A stretch of DNA of 64,000 nt from Parcubacteria group bacterium Gr01-1014_31 (GTDB lineage Bacteria > Patescibacteriota > Patescibacteriia > Buchananbacterales > GWA2-38-13), in assembly GCA_007376135.1 (NCBI GenBank), contig VMFR01000003.1, forward strand, positions 75,660-139,659. Reading direction: 5' to 3'. Below the pieces are notes generated by a model. It made no database searches. It had not been told where the DNA came from and saw nothing but the letters and a program-made list of their open reading frames with translations. The translations under genes and the position numbers were made by a program. Of this stretch, positions 28,848-38,870 are shown one piece after another. The number at the start of each line of letters is the position of its first letter. Within the stretch, counting starts at the first letter, position 1.

Positions 28848-29756
28848 ATGGCAGACAGAAACAGAGACAGAGATCGAGGCGGCAGGGGTGGAGGCGGCGG
28901 CGGAAAGCAAAGCCCATCCACCATCTGCACGTACTGCGGTGCGCGCTACATGATCCAGGATGGGTGCAAGCACAAGGACGACCGTGCAACGCACGGCGAC
29001 GGTGCGCCCGTTCGGTTCCGCGAGTGCATGGCGTGCCACGGACAAGCGCCGAACAACGGCGTTTGTCTCAACTGCCAGCAGAACCCGGGCAAGGGCGGCA
29101 AGCAGCCCAGCTGCCCGGCCTGCAACAATCCGCTGCCGGCCAGCGAGACCAAGTGTCGCTGCGGCTGGGAGTCGGGAATGTGGCAGTGCAAGGACTGCCA
29201 CCTGTGGTGGAAGTCCGACCAGGTCGAGTGCCTCAAGTGCCTCAAAGCGGCGGAGAAAGAGCACAAACGTGCGTGCACCTTCGTCACCTGCCCGACCTGC
29301 CGCCGGCCCTACAAGGCCGAGAATAAGTGGTGCGACCACTGCAACGTCAAGTGCGACCTGTGCCAGAAATGGTACCCGAAGGACCTGACGAAGTGCCCGT
29401 TCTGTGACAAGCCCGTGACGTACGATCTGAAAGTGCTGGTCGATGAGGACGCAACGAACCGGCGGCACGAGCTGCTGGTGACGTTCCTCAAGACGGTCGG
29501 CACCAAGCCGCCGCAAGGCGTCGCGGCCACGGTTCGGGTGCTCGACCCGGCGGTACCAACACCGCCGGGGGGAGAGCCCATCGAGCCTGGTGGTACGGTC
29601 GTTCATGCACCGTACCGCGAGGACGATCGGAAGGTTCGCATCGTTCTGGTCAACTGCGCTGACGGAAACGTCGGCACCTTCACAACGGAGGCCGTGTTGA
29701 CCGGGCGGCGCACGAAGTTCCGCTGGCCGAGTTACCCTCGCGATCCGGCGCGGTGA
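28848..29756 (+). CDS. Multi-zinc-ribbon hypothetical protein
   Basis: Ten CxxC motifs, RG/G-rich N-terminus, beta-rich C-terminus; SD AAAGGAGG. Confidence 0.8.
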   Translation: MADRNRDRDRGGRGGGGGGKQSPSTICTYCGARYMIQDGCKHKDDRATHGDGAPVRFRECMACHGQAPNNGVCLNCQQNPGKGGKQPSCPACNNPLPASETKCRCGWESGMWQCKDCHLWWKSDQVECLKCLKAAEKEHKRACTFVTCPTCRRPYKAENKWCDHCNVKCDLCQKWYPKDLTKCPFCDKPVTYDLKVLVDEDATNRRHELLVTFLKTVGTKPPQGVAATVRVLDPAVPTPPGGEPIEPGGTVVHAPYREDDRKVRIVLVNCADGNVGTFTTEAVLTGRRTKFRWPSYPRDPAR

Positions 29757-29788
29757 ACCATCAACCATCAACCGACAAGGAGTGTGAC

Positions 29789-30928
29789 ATGGAAGTTCTC
29801 GTTAAGGCCTTCATCCTGCTCCCTATCCTGGGAGTATGTCTGGTCGGTAACTACTGGCTGGGCAAGTGGCGCTTCCACGGCTTTCGTGGGGTGCGGGGCG
29901 CGAGCGATCGCGACTACCGGCGCAGCGTCTCCAGCATCGTGCCGCTGATCGCCGCCGTCGTTTCGGCGTTCATTTTCTTCGGCGACCATACCGACAGCTA
30001 TCGGATGGTGCCGGTGTGGTTTCTCGGCATCTGGGGGACGCTGCTGGTCGTTGTTAACGGCTGGTACGCCATCGCCCTGTGGCGAGAATCGCTCTGCGAG
30101 CCCGCCAACCTGCTTCTTCTCGGCTTCTACCATCTCGGTGGATTCTGGGGGAACTGGCGGTCGGGAAAGGACAATGAATCCCGGCCTGGTACCCAGCACA
30201 ACGGTTGGGCTTGGGCGGCGTTGTCTTTCTGGTTGCTGCTGTCCTTATCGTTCTGGACCCATGGCTCGCCGCTCCAATTCGAAGGGGCGGATGCATGGGA
30301 CCTGGCGGCCAATGCTAAGGCGACCGTGGTGAACACGGTTCGTGGCAGCGGCATTCCGGAGGCAGTGGCATCGGCTAAGGACTACGGCCAAAAGGTCGTT
30401 GCCGACGGCAACGAAAGGTACGCCGGCACGCCGCTGGGGAAAGCATTGGGCTGGCTCGCAACGCCAGCCGCGCCTGTCCCAGTGGTACCGGCAACTACCC
30501 CGGCTCCGCTGCTCCCATTGTTCCCGCGCAGCTATTCGTGGCTGATCGTCTGGGTTGCGGGTACTCTCTGGGCGTCCTTCGCCAACATCTACTGCCGACG
30601 CGACGAGGCCGAACGCTTCGTCCGTTGGATTGGTACATTCTTTGCGGCCATCATCGGACGCAAGAAGGCGTTGCCGGTAACCCAGGCCGCCGGCACGACC
30701 GTCGTCGGTGCACCCGCGGCGACAACCGCTGCGGCACCTCCGGCCGACGAACGGCATGGGTCCAAGGCGGAAGGTGGCAAGGACCAGCGGCATGCCCCTC
30801 CTACATTCTTGCAACGAACGGCTGAAGAAGCCGCCGCTGAGGTCGTCGTTCGCCAGGGCGGACGGTGGGTCGAGCAACTGGTCGAAGGGGCCTCCCGCCT
30901 GCTGCGTGGCCGGCGGAAGCATACGTAA
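29789..30928 (+). CDS. Hypothetical polytopic membrane protein
   Basis: SD AAGGAG; several Trp-rich hydrophobic segments. Confidence 0.75.
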   Translation: MEVLVKAFILLPILGVCLVGNYWLGKWRFHGFRGVRGASDRDYRRSVSSIVPLIAAVVSAFIFFGDHTDSYRMVPVWFLGIWGTLLVVVNGWYAIALWRESLCEPANLLLLGFYHLGGFWGNWRSGKDNESRPGTQHNGWAWAALSFWLLLSLSFWTHGSPLQFEGADAWDLAANAKATVVNTVRGSGIPEAVASAKDYGQKVVADGNERYAGTPLGKALGWLATPAAPVPVVPATTPAPLLPLFPRSYSWLIVWVAGTLWASFANIYCRRDEAERFVRWIGTFFAAIIGRKKALPVTQAAGTTVVGAPAATTAAAPPADERHGSKAEGGKDQRHAPPTFLQRTAEEAAAEVVVRQGGRWVEQLVEGASRLLRGRRKHT

Positions 30929-30960
30929 CCAACAACCAACACAGAACCAAGGAGTTCATC

Positions 30961-32193
30961 ATGATTCAGAAGCTTCGGGAGTTCGGACAACTGTTTCAGG
31001 AGTTTGGCTGGACGTTCGGCGGCTTTTTGTTCGCCGCCATGGCCAGCCTCGCGTTCGGATCCTTCCTCTTCGGGTTCAGCGGGATGCTGATGATCATCGT
31101 GATCATCGCGGTCGCCACCGTGCTGCTGTCCAAGGGCAAGGACCTGTTCGTCCGTCCGGCGAAGTTCGCCGGGGTCGCGCTCGTCGCCCTCGCCGCGTTC
31201 CTGGCGTCGTGGGTGGTCGTGACCGAGATCTTCACGGACGTGGCGAAAACCACCATCGGCGGCGTGGTCAGTGTCGTCTTGGCGTTGCTGGTGGCGTTCC
31301 GTTACGCCGGCAGCGCGCGCAAGAACGCGTACCACACGCTGGCGCTGTTGGCGTGCGGCGGCTACTTGACGCTGGCCGGTATTGGTCAGTGGGGGCTGAC
31401 GCCGGCGCAACGCGCAGGCGGCGAAACCCGCTCGCGCTACGTTCTGCGGTCGCTCTACGATTGGTGGAACAGCCATAAGGATACGGTGGCCATCAGCGTC
31501 GGCCGTTCGGCGGATGAAACCCGTTTGGCAGCTCGGATGCTGGATGAGGTGACCGTGCATACCCCCGGTCTGACGTCGGATTTCAAAGACGACCATGGGG
31601 TGACCATCACCGCGTACCGCATCCATGAAGGCGACGTGCTGCTGCGCTTTCCCGGCGAAGACGTAAAAACGTTCGACGGGGAAGACTACGTCAAGGTGAA
31701 GGTGGATGGTGATCCGCCCATCCTTGGTTGGTTCAAGTTCCGCACCTGGCACAAGAACCTCGCCAAGAAGGTTGTCACCCCCAGCTCCTCGACGTCGGCG
31801 CCATCGCCGGTAGCGGCAACCAGCACGCCGATCGTGCGACCCGCCACCGTCGTTGCACCGACGCTTCCTCTCGTACCCGCTCTTGCACCGTCCGTCTTGG
31901 ATGAGGAAACGGTGGTCGCGAATAAGGACCACTGGACCATCACCAAGGTGCCGGTGAAACTGCAGGAGCACGTGTGGATCGGGCCGTTCCCTTCGGAAGG
32001 GGACGGCAAACGGCTGGTCGTCTGTATCGACGGCGGCCAACCGGTCACCATCCAGCCGTACCTGTGGCCGAACGGAAAGTACGGCGCGCGCATCCATCGG
32101 ATGAGCGGCGACCAGGCCACACAGTACCTGTGGGTGCGAGTGAGCGACGGCGCTCCTCTCACCATCAGGCTCAACAAGAACCGTCCCTACTGA
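30961..32193 (+). CDS. Hypothetical membrane protein with soluble C-terminal domains
   Basis: SD AAGGAG; about five N-terminal TM segments, Pro/Thr linker. Confidence 0.75.
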   Translation: MIQKLREFGQLFQEFGWTFGGFLFAAMASLAFGSFLFGFSGMLMIIVIIAVATVLLSKGKDLFVRPAKFAGVALVALAAFLASWVVVTEIFTDVAKTTIGGVVSVVLALLVAFRYAGSARKNAYHTLALLACGGYLTLAGIGQWGLTPAQRAGGETRSRYVLRSLYDWWNSHKDTVAISVGRSADETRLAARMLDEVTVHTPGLTSDFKDDHGVTITAYRIHEGDVLLRFPGEDVKTFDGEDYVKVKVDGDPPILGWFKFRTWHKNLAKKVVTPSSSTSAPSPVAATSTPIVRPATVVAPTLPLVPALAPSVLDEETVVANKDHWTITKVPVKLQEHVWIGPFPSEGDGKRLVVCIDGGQPVTIQPYLWPNGKYGARIHRMSGDQATQYLWVRVSDGAPLTIRLNKNRPY

Positions 32194-32205
32194 AAGGAGT
32201 CCAAC

Positions 32206-33687
32206 GTGTCGAAAAACAGATCCGATCGAGAGCGGCAGGAGCGCCTGACCGCTCTCAAGAAGCTGTTCCAGCGCGTCGCGCCCGCCGGCATCCCCGGCGA
32301 GCGCTACGGCACCAACCGCAAGCTGGGGGAGCTTGTTCAGGAGCTGGGCCTTACCGTCGAGCTGCTGGACGCCCCCGATTTGCCCTCCGAGGCGAAGTTG
32401 TGCGAGCTCCTCGCGACGCCCGCGCAGCCCGCCCCTGCAGCCGCCGGTGCGGACCTCCCGGTGCCCGAACCGTCGGCTGCCGACTTCGCGCCGATTGACC
32501 TGCTGGTGGATCAGCCGGAGCCGTCCGTCTCCGAAACCGTTCCCGGGGCGGTTCCCGATGAACCGTTCCAACCGGCGCCGGCCGAGGCTCGAATTGAGCC
32601 GAATCCGGACCGGTCCGACGTTCCCGAGCCGTCCGTGCCGCAAGGTACGGGCGGCTCGGACACCTCCGACACTCGCCCCGAGCCCGACCTTGCGGCTATC
32701 CTGGAGGAATTCAGCGAGGCCGACGGCGGCGAGCCGGAGGCCGACGATGCGTACGGCGACCGCGACCTGTTGGGTGAAGCGTTCGAAGGCGGCGGTGAAG
32801 ACGGGGAGGATGAAGAGTCCCTCCGGCTTGATCCGCCGCCCCGACTGCTCGTCCAACCCGTTCGCGCGGCCCTCACGTCGCGCCAGAAGCTGGTCATCGC
32901 GATCGGCTCCGCGGCGGCGCTGGTGTTCGTGTCCGTTTCGTTGACCGTGCTGTTCATCAAGAGCCGCCAGCCCGCGCTGGCCGTTGATCCGGCGGTTGTC
33001 GCGACGCTGCGCAGCGAGAATGCGAAGCTTCGAACGGCCACCAGTGACGCAACGGCCAAATCGGATGCTGCCGAGCAGCAGCGGAAGGCGGCCCACATGC
33101 AAGTGTTGGCTGCCGAACAATTGGCGCAGGAGGCACTGGCCGGACAGATTGCGGCGCTCGAGCGCGAAACCAAAGCGCGTGAAGAGCGCGAGAAGGAAGA
33201 TGAAGATCGCGCGCGGGCTACCCATGCCAGCCGTACCTTCAAAAGCCTTCGCGACCTGAGCGATGAGGACGCCGAGCGTTTGGCGCAGATGTCCGGCCTG
33301 GATAAAGACCAGGTCAAGGCTTCAACGCCCGATATGCTCGATGCCCAGCGTCGCATCCGCGAGCTCCAGAAGCAGCTCAAGCAGCGGCCGAAGCTTTCGG
33401 CGCCCGGCACAGCTGCTCCCACCGCACCTTCCGTATCGCCGCCACCACCGAAGGCGGAAGCCGGTGGCGACCGTACCGTGAACGTCGGGATTGCTGTCGA
33501 TTTCGACGGCGCTGCCTCAACGGGAAACATCCAGGAGTACCGTTGGCGGTTCGGCGATGGCGATGAGGCCACGGGCAAGACCGTGGCCCATACCTACGCC
33601 ACCAGCTCAATGTTCACGGTCACTTTGACCGTTACGGACGACCGGGGCCAAACGGCCCAGGATTCGTTCACCGTAACGGTGAAGTGA
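32206..33687 (+). CDS. Single-pass protein with acidic region, coiled coil and C-terminal PKD domain
   Basis: SD GAAAGGAG + GTG; FDGAAS..YRWRFGDG..HTY..VTLTVTD PKD signature. Confidence 0.8.
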   Translation: MSKNRSDRERQERLTALKKLFQRVAPAGIPGERYGTNRKLGELVQELGLTVELLDAPDLPSEAKLCELLATPAQPAPAAAGADLPVPEPSAADFAPIDLLVDQPEPSVSETVPGAVPDEPFQPAPAEARIEPNPDRSDVPEPSVPQGTGGSDTSDTRPEPDLAAILEEFSEADGGEPEADDAYGDRDLLGEAFEGGGEDGEDEESLRLDPPPRLLVQPVRAALTSRQKLVIAIGSAAALVFVSVSLTVLFIKSRQPALAVDPAVVATLRSENAKLRTATSDATAKSDAAEQQRKAAHMQVLAAEQLAQEALAGQIAALERETKAREEREKEDEDRARATHASRTFKSLRDLSDEDAERLAQMSGLDKDQVKASTPDMLDAQRRIRELQKQLKQRPKLSAPGTAAPTAPSVSPPPPKAEAGGDRTVNVGIAVDFDGAASTGNIQEYRWRFGDGDEATGKTVAHTYATSSMFTVTLTVTDDRGQTAQDSFTVTVK

Positions 33688-33748
33688 TGTCGTTCCTTCC
33701 GGGTGGCCAGCGCTACGGATAACCGTGGCCCCGGCCCCCTCCCACCTT

Positions 33749-33785
33749 GAAGGCGGTTGAGCCCAGCTCTCCGCCTTCTTTTTTT
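33749..33785 (+). terminator. Intrinsic terminator
   Basis: GAAGGCGG...CCGCCTTC followed by T7. Confidence 0.7.
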
Positions 33786-33811
33786 ATGCCTGGCAACGGT
33801 ATACTGACCCT

Positions 33812-35515
33812 ATGACCCTCTCCAATTTCCGGCGGCCGGCCTTGGTTGCCATCATCCTGCTGGCGGCAGTCATGCGGTTCTGGCAACTGCCGGCCGGTGA
33901 TGTCATCTCCGACGAGGCGCTCATCGGTTTCCGTTCAGTCGGCTATATCGACTACCTGGCGTCACCCGACCAGCCGACGACCTGGGAGCAGTTCTCGGGC
34001 CCGGTTCCCGCCTGGGCCTACCTGTCGTTCCACGACCATCCGCCGCTGACGTTCCTGGTGCAATGGGCGTCGTTCAAGACCTTTGGCGTCAACGGATTCG
34101 CGTTACGACTGCCATTCGCGCTCGCCGGTATTCTGTCGGTGTGGCTTATCTATCTGCTGATGCGGCGCCTGTTCCATGAGGCCGCCGCCCTGTTGGCCGC
34201 GCTGCTGTGCGCGCTGGCTACCGCCACCGTCTGGAACTCGCGGCTGGGGCTGCAGGAGTCTCTGCTGATAATGTTTTCCCTGCTGGCCGCGTACTGGTAC
34301 CGCCGGGCGCTGGATGATCATCGATTTTTGCCGGCCGTCGGGCTGGCGCTCGGCCTGGGCCTGCTGACCAAGTACACGATCGTCGCGGTGGCACTCGCGC
34401 TCTTGGTCCATTTCCTCATCTATCGGCGCGATTATTTTCGGCTGCGCACGTTCTGGATCGGGGGCGCGGTGTTCCTGCTCTTGGCATCGCCGCTCATTAT
34501 CTACAACTTGATGCTGTATCGCGCCACCGGGCATTTTGATTTGCAACTGTCCTATCTTCTGGGACAGCGGGTAGGGGAGTGGCAGTCGTTGCCCGGCAAG
34601 GAGCAGATCGGCGCCTGGCCCGAACGTTTCGTCAGCTATTGGGAGCATCTGCGACCGATGCTGTCGCCGCCGCTGCTGGTCCTGGTCATGCTCGGGGCCG
34701 CGCTGTTCGTCGTCCTGTGGTTCACAAGTAACGACCCGGAATCCAGCTACACGCTCCTGGGACTGCTGACGGTGAGCTGGGCGGGGATGTTGTTGTTCAT
34801 CGGACCGTCCACAAGATTTGTATCGGTCCTGGTCGTGTGGCTATTGATGGCCGCGGCCGTGGTGGCAACGGCGCTGCGCACGCCGTACGCCGTGTTGCGG
34901 GGAGTCCTGGCGGCAGTGTTCGTCGGGGTGGTGGCGTACGAGGGGATGTTTGCCGTGCGGACGGTGATCGCCGACCGGCCGTCAGGACGGCCGGGCTTGG
35001 CCTATTCCGGGTTGCTGCGGTCCGACATGGAGCGCTGGGGTTATCAGCAACTGGACCGGTATTTGGCCGGCGCATTGTCGGGCCGCCGGCCCCAGGTGTT
35101 GCCGAATGTCCGTAACGATTTTTTGCGGCGGCTGCAAGCGCGTGTCGAGCGCAGTGCGCTGCGGCCCACACCGATGCTCATTGTCTACGACGCCAACCTT
35201 TACGACCTGGGAGCGCTTTGGACCCTGCACCGCCGTCTCGTCTATGAGGGTTGGCCGGTGATCACTGCCGAACAGTTCCTAGCGGCCGGGGAATCCTTCT
35301 GGCGGCAAGCAGGCATTCGGGAATTCATATTCGTAAAAATCGGTGGCGGCATGCTGTTGCAGGCTCCCGCCGAACGGACCATTGGCGGGGAAAAATTGGC
35401 GCAGCAGTTGGACGCGCAAGGCGTTCCCAAGGCAGCCGTGGCAAGCCCACGGCTTGGGACGGCGGCCTTCACCATCTACCGTTGGGGCGAGGGGAGCGGG
35501 GGGCCGCCCAAATAG
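33812..35515 (+). CDS. GT-C (ArnT/PMT, family 39-like) glycosyltransferase
   Basis: SDEA, DHPPL, LRLP, LLTKY; polytopic. Confidence 0.85.
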   Translation: MTLSNFRRPALVAIILLAAVMRFWQLPAGDVISDEALIGFRSVGYIDYLASPDQPTTWEQFSGPVPAWAYLSFHDHPPLTFLVQWASFKTFGVNGFALRLPFALAGILSVWLIYLLMRRLFHEAAALLAALLCALATATVWNSRLGLQESLLIMFSLLAAYWYRRALDDHRFLPAVGLALGLGLLTKYTIVAVALALLVHFLIYRRDYFRLRTFWIGGAVFLLLASPLIIYNLMLYRATGHFDLQLSYLLGQRVGEWQSLPGKEQIGAWPERFVSYWEHLRPMLSPPLLVLVMLGAALFVVLWFTSNDPESSYTLLGLLTVSWAGMLLFIGPSTRFVSVLVVWLLMAAAVVATALRTPYAVLRGVLAAVFVGVVAYEGMFAVRTVIADRPSGRPGLAYSGLLRSDMERWGYQQLDRYLAGALSGRRPQVLPNVRNDFLRRLQARVERSALRPTPMLIVYDANLYDLGALWTLHRRLVYEGWPVITAEQFLAAGESFWRQAGIREFIFVKIGGGMLLQAPAERTIGGEKLAQQLDAQGVPKAAVASPRLGTAAFTIYRWGEGSGGPPK

Positions 35516-35553
35516 GCGTATGACGGTATCATCAATGGGTGTGGATAAATCCA

Positions 35554-35582
35554 TTGACCACGTAGCGCAACCATGCTATACT
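35554..35582 (+). promoter_or_regulatory. sigma70-type promoter
   Basis: TTGACC-N17-TATACT. Confidence 0.7.
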
Positions 35583-35588
35583 TATTTT

Positions 35589-35772
35589 AGAGAGTAGGTT
35601 CTGAGTGGACGTTCACAGGGTGAGGAGAGGTAGATGGGCCACAGGGTAAGGCTCATGGCACCGAACATTTCGGTGGCAGGAGTCTTACCCCCAACCCTCC
35701 AACTTTTTCTCTCGAAGCATTTCGCTTCACCCCCGTGACTCTGTCACACCTCACATTTCCAACCTACTCTCT
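35589..35772 (+). ncRNA. Probable 6S RNA
   Basis: 184-nt rod: AGAGAGTAGGTT/AACCTACTCTCT closing stem, GGGTAAGGCTC/GAGTCTTACCC and CACCGA/TCGGTG apical stems, internal bubbles, own promoter, T-rich end. Confidence 0.6.
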
Positions 35773-35789
35773 TTCTTTTTGCCTAAAAT

Positions 35790-36227
35790 ATGCAGTTGGT
35801 AAGCGATGATCTGCGCGACGGCGAGCTGATGCCGTCAACGTTCACCTGCGACGGGCAGGATGTGGCGCCGCAGTTGGGTTGGCGCAACGTTCCTGAAGGG
35901 ACGAAAAGTTTTGCCCTACGTTGTTTTGACCCTGATGCACCCGGCGGCGGGTTCACGCACTGGCTGGTTGCCAATCTCCCCCACACGTGCCGTCAACTCC
36001 CGCGCGGCGGGCCGCTGCCCGATGCGGCGGTCGAGGTCCTCAATGATTTCGGAAAAACCGGGTATGGCGGACCGTGTCCGCCATCCGGCACGCATCGGTA
36101 CGAGTTCACGCTCTACGCGTTGAACGTGGTGGAGCTGCGCGGGCTCACGGCGGAAAATTTTTTGGACCAGGTGCGTCGTTGTGCCGTGGCGCAAGCGACG
36201 CTGACGGCACCCTACCGGCGACGTTAG
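35790..36227 (+). CDS. YbhB/YbcL (PEBP) family protein
   Basis: TCDG, DPDAP, FTHW, YGGPCPPSGTHRY. Confidence 0.93.
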   Translation: MQLVSDDLRDGELMPSTFTCDGQDVAPQLGWRNVPEGTKSFALRCFDPDAPGGGFTHWLVANLPHTCRQLPRGGPLPDAAVEVLNDFGKTGYGGPCPPSGTHRYEFTLYALNVVELRGLTAENFLDQVRRCAVAQATLTAPYRRR

Positions 36228-36266
36228 CGCGCCGGCAGCGAGAACCCGCCATTTCGGCGGATTTTT

Positions 36267-37523
36267 TCATTCCGGAATGTAGACGGTGGTTGGCGGCGAC
36301 GCGGGGATGCTGATAGTCTTGCGGTAGCCGACCCGGTCGTGCGCATTATCCGTAGTACCCCACATCGCGCCGGACGCAATGGTGGACTCGCCGTACTTAT
36401 CGTTGAGCCGGTCGGCAGCCGCCGCCAGGAGTTTTGGCTTGAGGATGTCATCAAACAGCGACTGCTGCCCGGATGTTGGCTGCAGGTCCGTCACGCTGAC
36501 GGCAAGTTGGGTGGCCGCATCGGGCAGGGGACGGGAGAACAACAGCGCGTTGGCAGCACGCAGGATATCCGGCGTCGTGAAGAGCGGTTCCGCTGCCCGC
36601 TTGCTGCCGCCCCGGCCGTGGCCGTGCTGCAGACCGCAGTAGGCAAATATCCCCCGCGCTTCCAGGTTCTGGCTGCGCAGCCGCCGGCCGGTGCGTTCGC
36701 ACAGTTTCGCGAGTATCGGCCGCAGGTAGGCGGGGTCGTCGGTGCGCTTCGGCAGGCAGTAGGAATGACCGATGGATTTCGGCGCGGCCGGCGTTGTCGC
36801 CACATCGGAAAGTTCTACGCCGTTGACGTTCGCCCATAGGTAGTACCCGGGCTTGCCTAGGCAGGCGATCAAATTGGCCACCGGGTAGCGGCGCAGGTCA
36901 TTGAGCGTGGCAATGCCCAGCCGCCACAGCCGCCAGGCGGTCTTGTGTTTGATGCCCCAGGCATCGGTGATGCGGACGCGAGAAAATATTGCCGCCACAG
37001 TATCGGGGGTGACCATCAGGACGCCGCCCTTGGGCGCCACATCGGAACCGAATTTCGCCAAAAATCGCGTGGAGCTGACGCCGACGGAGCATTGCAGCCA
37101 GTCGCCGACCTCGGTTTTGATGCGCCGTTGGATTTGGCGCGCCAGCAGCTCGGCCTGGGGGAGCTCGCGCACCCAGCCGGTCATGTCCAAAAATGCTTCA
37201 TCGATGCTGTAGGGTTCCACGCGGTCGGTATACTGCGCGAGGATGGAAAATATTTTTTCCGTCGTGCTGCGGTATTTGGATGGTTCATTTTGGACCAGGA
37301 TGATGCCGGGGTAGATCTTTTTGGCGTCACTGATGCGCATGCCGGTTTTGACCCCGACCTTCTTGGCCTCCATGGAGGACGCGATGATGCAGCCGTTGCC
37401 GTTCTTGGTTTTTGGCAGGTACGCGCACACGCCCAGCGGTTTGCCGCGCAGGAAAGGATTGGCCTGCTGCTCCACAGAGGCAAAGTAGCTATTCATATCG
37501 ATATGCAGTATCACTTTTTGCAT
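36267..37523 (-). CDS. dinB: DNA polymerase IV (Y family)
   Basis: HIDMNSYFASVEQ, YSIDEAFLD, KSIGHS. Confidence 0.93.
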   Translation of the reverse strand: MQKVILHIDMNSYFASVEQQANPFLRGKPLGVCAYLPKTKNGNGCIIASSMEAKKVGVKTGMRISDAKKIYPGIILVQNEPSKYRSTTEKIFSILAQYTDRVEPYSIDEAFLDMTGWVRELPQAELLARQIQRRIKTEVGDWLQCSVGVSSTRFLAKFGSDVAPKGGVLMVTPDTVAAIFSRVRITDAWGIKHKTAWRLWRLGIATLNDLRRYPVANLIACLGKPGYYLWANVNGVELSDVATTPAAPKSIGHSYCLPKRTDDPAYLRPILAKLCERTGRRLRSQNLEARGIFAYCGLQHGHGRGGSKRAAEPLFTTPDILRAANALLFSRPLPDAATQLAVSVTDLQPTSGQQSLFDDILKPKLLAAAADRLNDKYGESTIASGAMWGTTDNAHDRVGYRKTISIPASPPTTVYIPE

Positions 37524-37617
37524 ATCATGGAGAGTTCATTTCTACACTTTTTTGGAAAGGGCGGGTTCGAGGGGGTATGGGCCACCTCACGTATAAAGTT
37601 ATGTCTAGTGCGAGAAT

Positions 37618-38430
37618 TTAATTAGGATTGGGCTTCACGTGACTTTTGATAAGAATTTTTACTACTGCTTCAAGTTTTAGTGTCTCTACATCTTGATTAA
37701 ATTGACCATGGGGAATCTTTGGGATTACGGCATTGGGAATATTGCCGTGCGCTGTTGGGTTACCCCACTTCAAAATTATTTTTATGAAATCATCTTCGGT
37801 GATAGTCCCCCGCGCTTCTGGCGAGAGGGCTCTATACATGTTCGCTGCTTTTGTTCTCCCGCCACGGTTTAGTGATGTAATAATTTCGATAATACGTATA
37901 TAGCCTAAGAACCTCCAGCCAAGTTCGTTATATAAATCCGTCGCCGATCTCCACAGATAAAAGACATCCTCGTATTTTTTGTATATGTCGAAGGACGGTA
38001 AGTTTTCTACCAATTTACAATTTGTTCGATGGAAAATGATACCACCCGAAACGCTGGATTGTCCGCCCATGAGCAAAGGCCTCTTCCGTCTATCAAGATT
38101 TAACGTAAAAGTGGCATCGTCATAGACTTGGAAAAAATCGTAGTTTGATAAAAAGAATGGAACTTGGAATATCCCCGCCAAATAAGCAGTAATCTTATTA
38201 AGCTTTTCTAATGAGTGATGATAAGCGAGGTAGGGGTCCGTATCCTGAATGCGAATAATTAATGAGATTATATTAGTGCCATCTCTCTCGAAGTGATTAT
38301 CTAATGTCATTACAGAATTTTCATTAATCCATAGAATGTAATCGTCAGAAGATAAGACTTTTTTGAGTCTTATCCCTGACGCTATAGAGGTGTACTCTAC
38401 GTAAAATTTTTTAGTATTTCCTTCTTCCAT
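37618..38430 (-). CDS. AT-rich hypothetical protein, possibly HEPN/ApeA-like
   Basis: Low GC; C-terminal FLGYIRIIE...GNPTAHG resembles HEPN but lacks the canonical Arg. Confidence 0.65.
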   Translation of the reverse strand: MEEGNTKKFYVEYTSIASGIRLKKVLSSDDYILWINENSVMTLDNHFERDGTNIISLIIRIQDTDPYLAYHHSLEKLNKITAYLAGIFQVPFFLSNYDFFQVYDDATFTLNLDRRKRPLLMGGQSSVSGGIIFHRTNCKLVENLPSFDIYKKYEDVFYLWRSATDLYNELGWRFLGYIRIIEIITSLNRGGRTKAANMYRALSPEARGTITEDDFIKIILKWGNPTAHGNIPNAVIPKIPHGQFNQDVETLKLEAVVKILIKSHVKPNPN

Positions 38431-38447
38431 ACTTTTGGTACTAAGAT

Positions 38448-38632
38448 GTAACCCAATGCGCCCATTGGAGAAATTTAGGCAGCATTGCGCCGTGAGGAGG
38501 AGCGTTCCCGCCACGGGAAATTTCGCGACTGTCTGAGGGCGCCCCCGGGGCGGCCGAGTTAGCGAAATTAGCCGACGAGGAACGGCTCAATGCTCTAAAT
38601 TTGGACACGGGGCGCGACTTTGGCGGTACCTT
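38448..38632 (-). repeat. Dispersed imperfect palindromic element, copy 2
   Basis: CATTGGAGAAATTTAGG (38463-38479) is the exact reverse complement of 6454-6470; further shared blocks in the same order. Confidence 0.75.
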
Positions 38633-38838
38633 CGCGCCTACAGCACCTTAACTTGGTTCATCTTCGTCGCTTTTGCGGTGGCCGGGTTCTTGGGGCTGGT
38701 CGGCATCACTACACTGGTGGCATCCGCAGGTCGGTAGATTTTCAGACGGAAAGTTTGTCGTGCCGAAGCGCCTGGCGGATGCCGGGCGCTTTTGGATGTG
38801 TCTCAACATCCTTGGTCTCTCTGCGGGAAGGAGAATTA

Positions 38839-38870
38839 TTCCCCCTTACGAAGGAGGGGTGAGGGGAGGT
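38839..38870. repeat. REP-like palindrome at DUF559 3' end
   Basis: TTCCCCCTTACGAAGGAGGGGTGAGGGGAGGT. Confidence 0.75.

Noticed and set aside
30589-33225. 878-aa minus-strand ORF
   Set aside because: Spans three + strand genes that have SDs and coherent topology; composition typical of antisense frames
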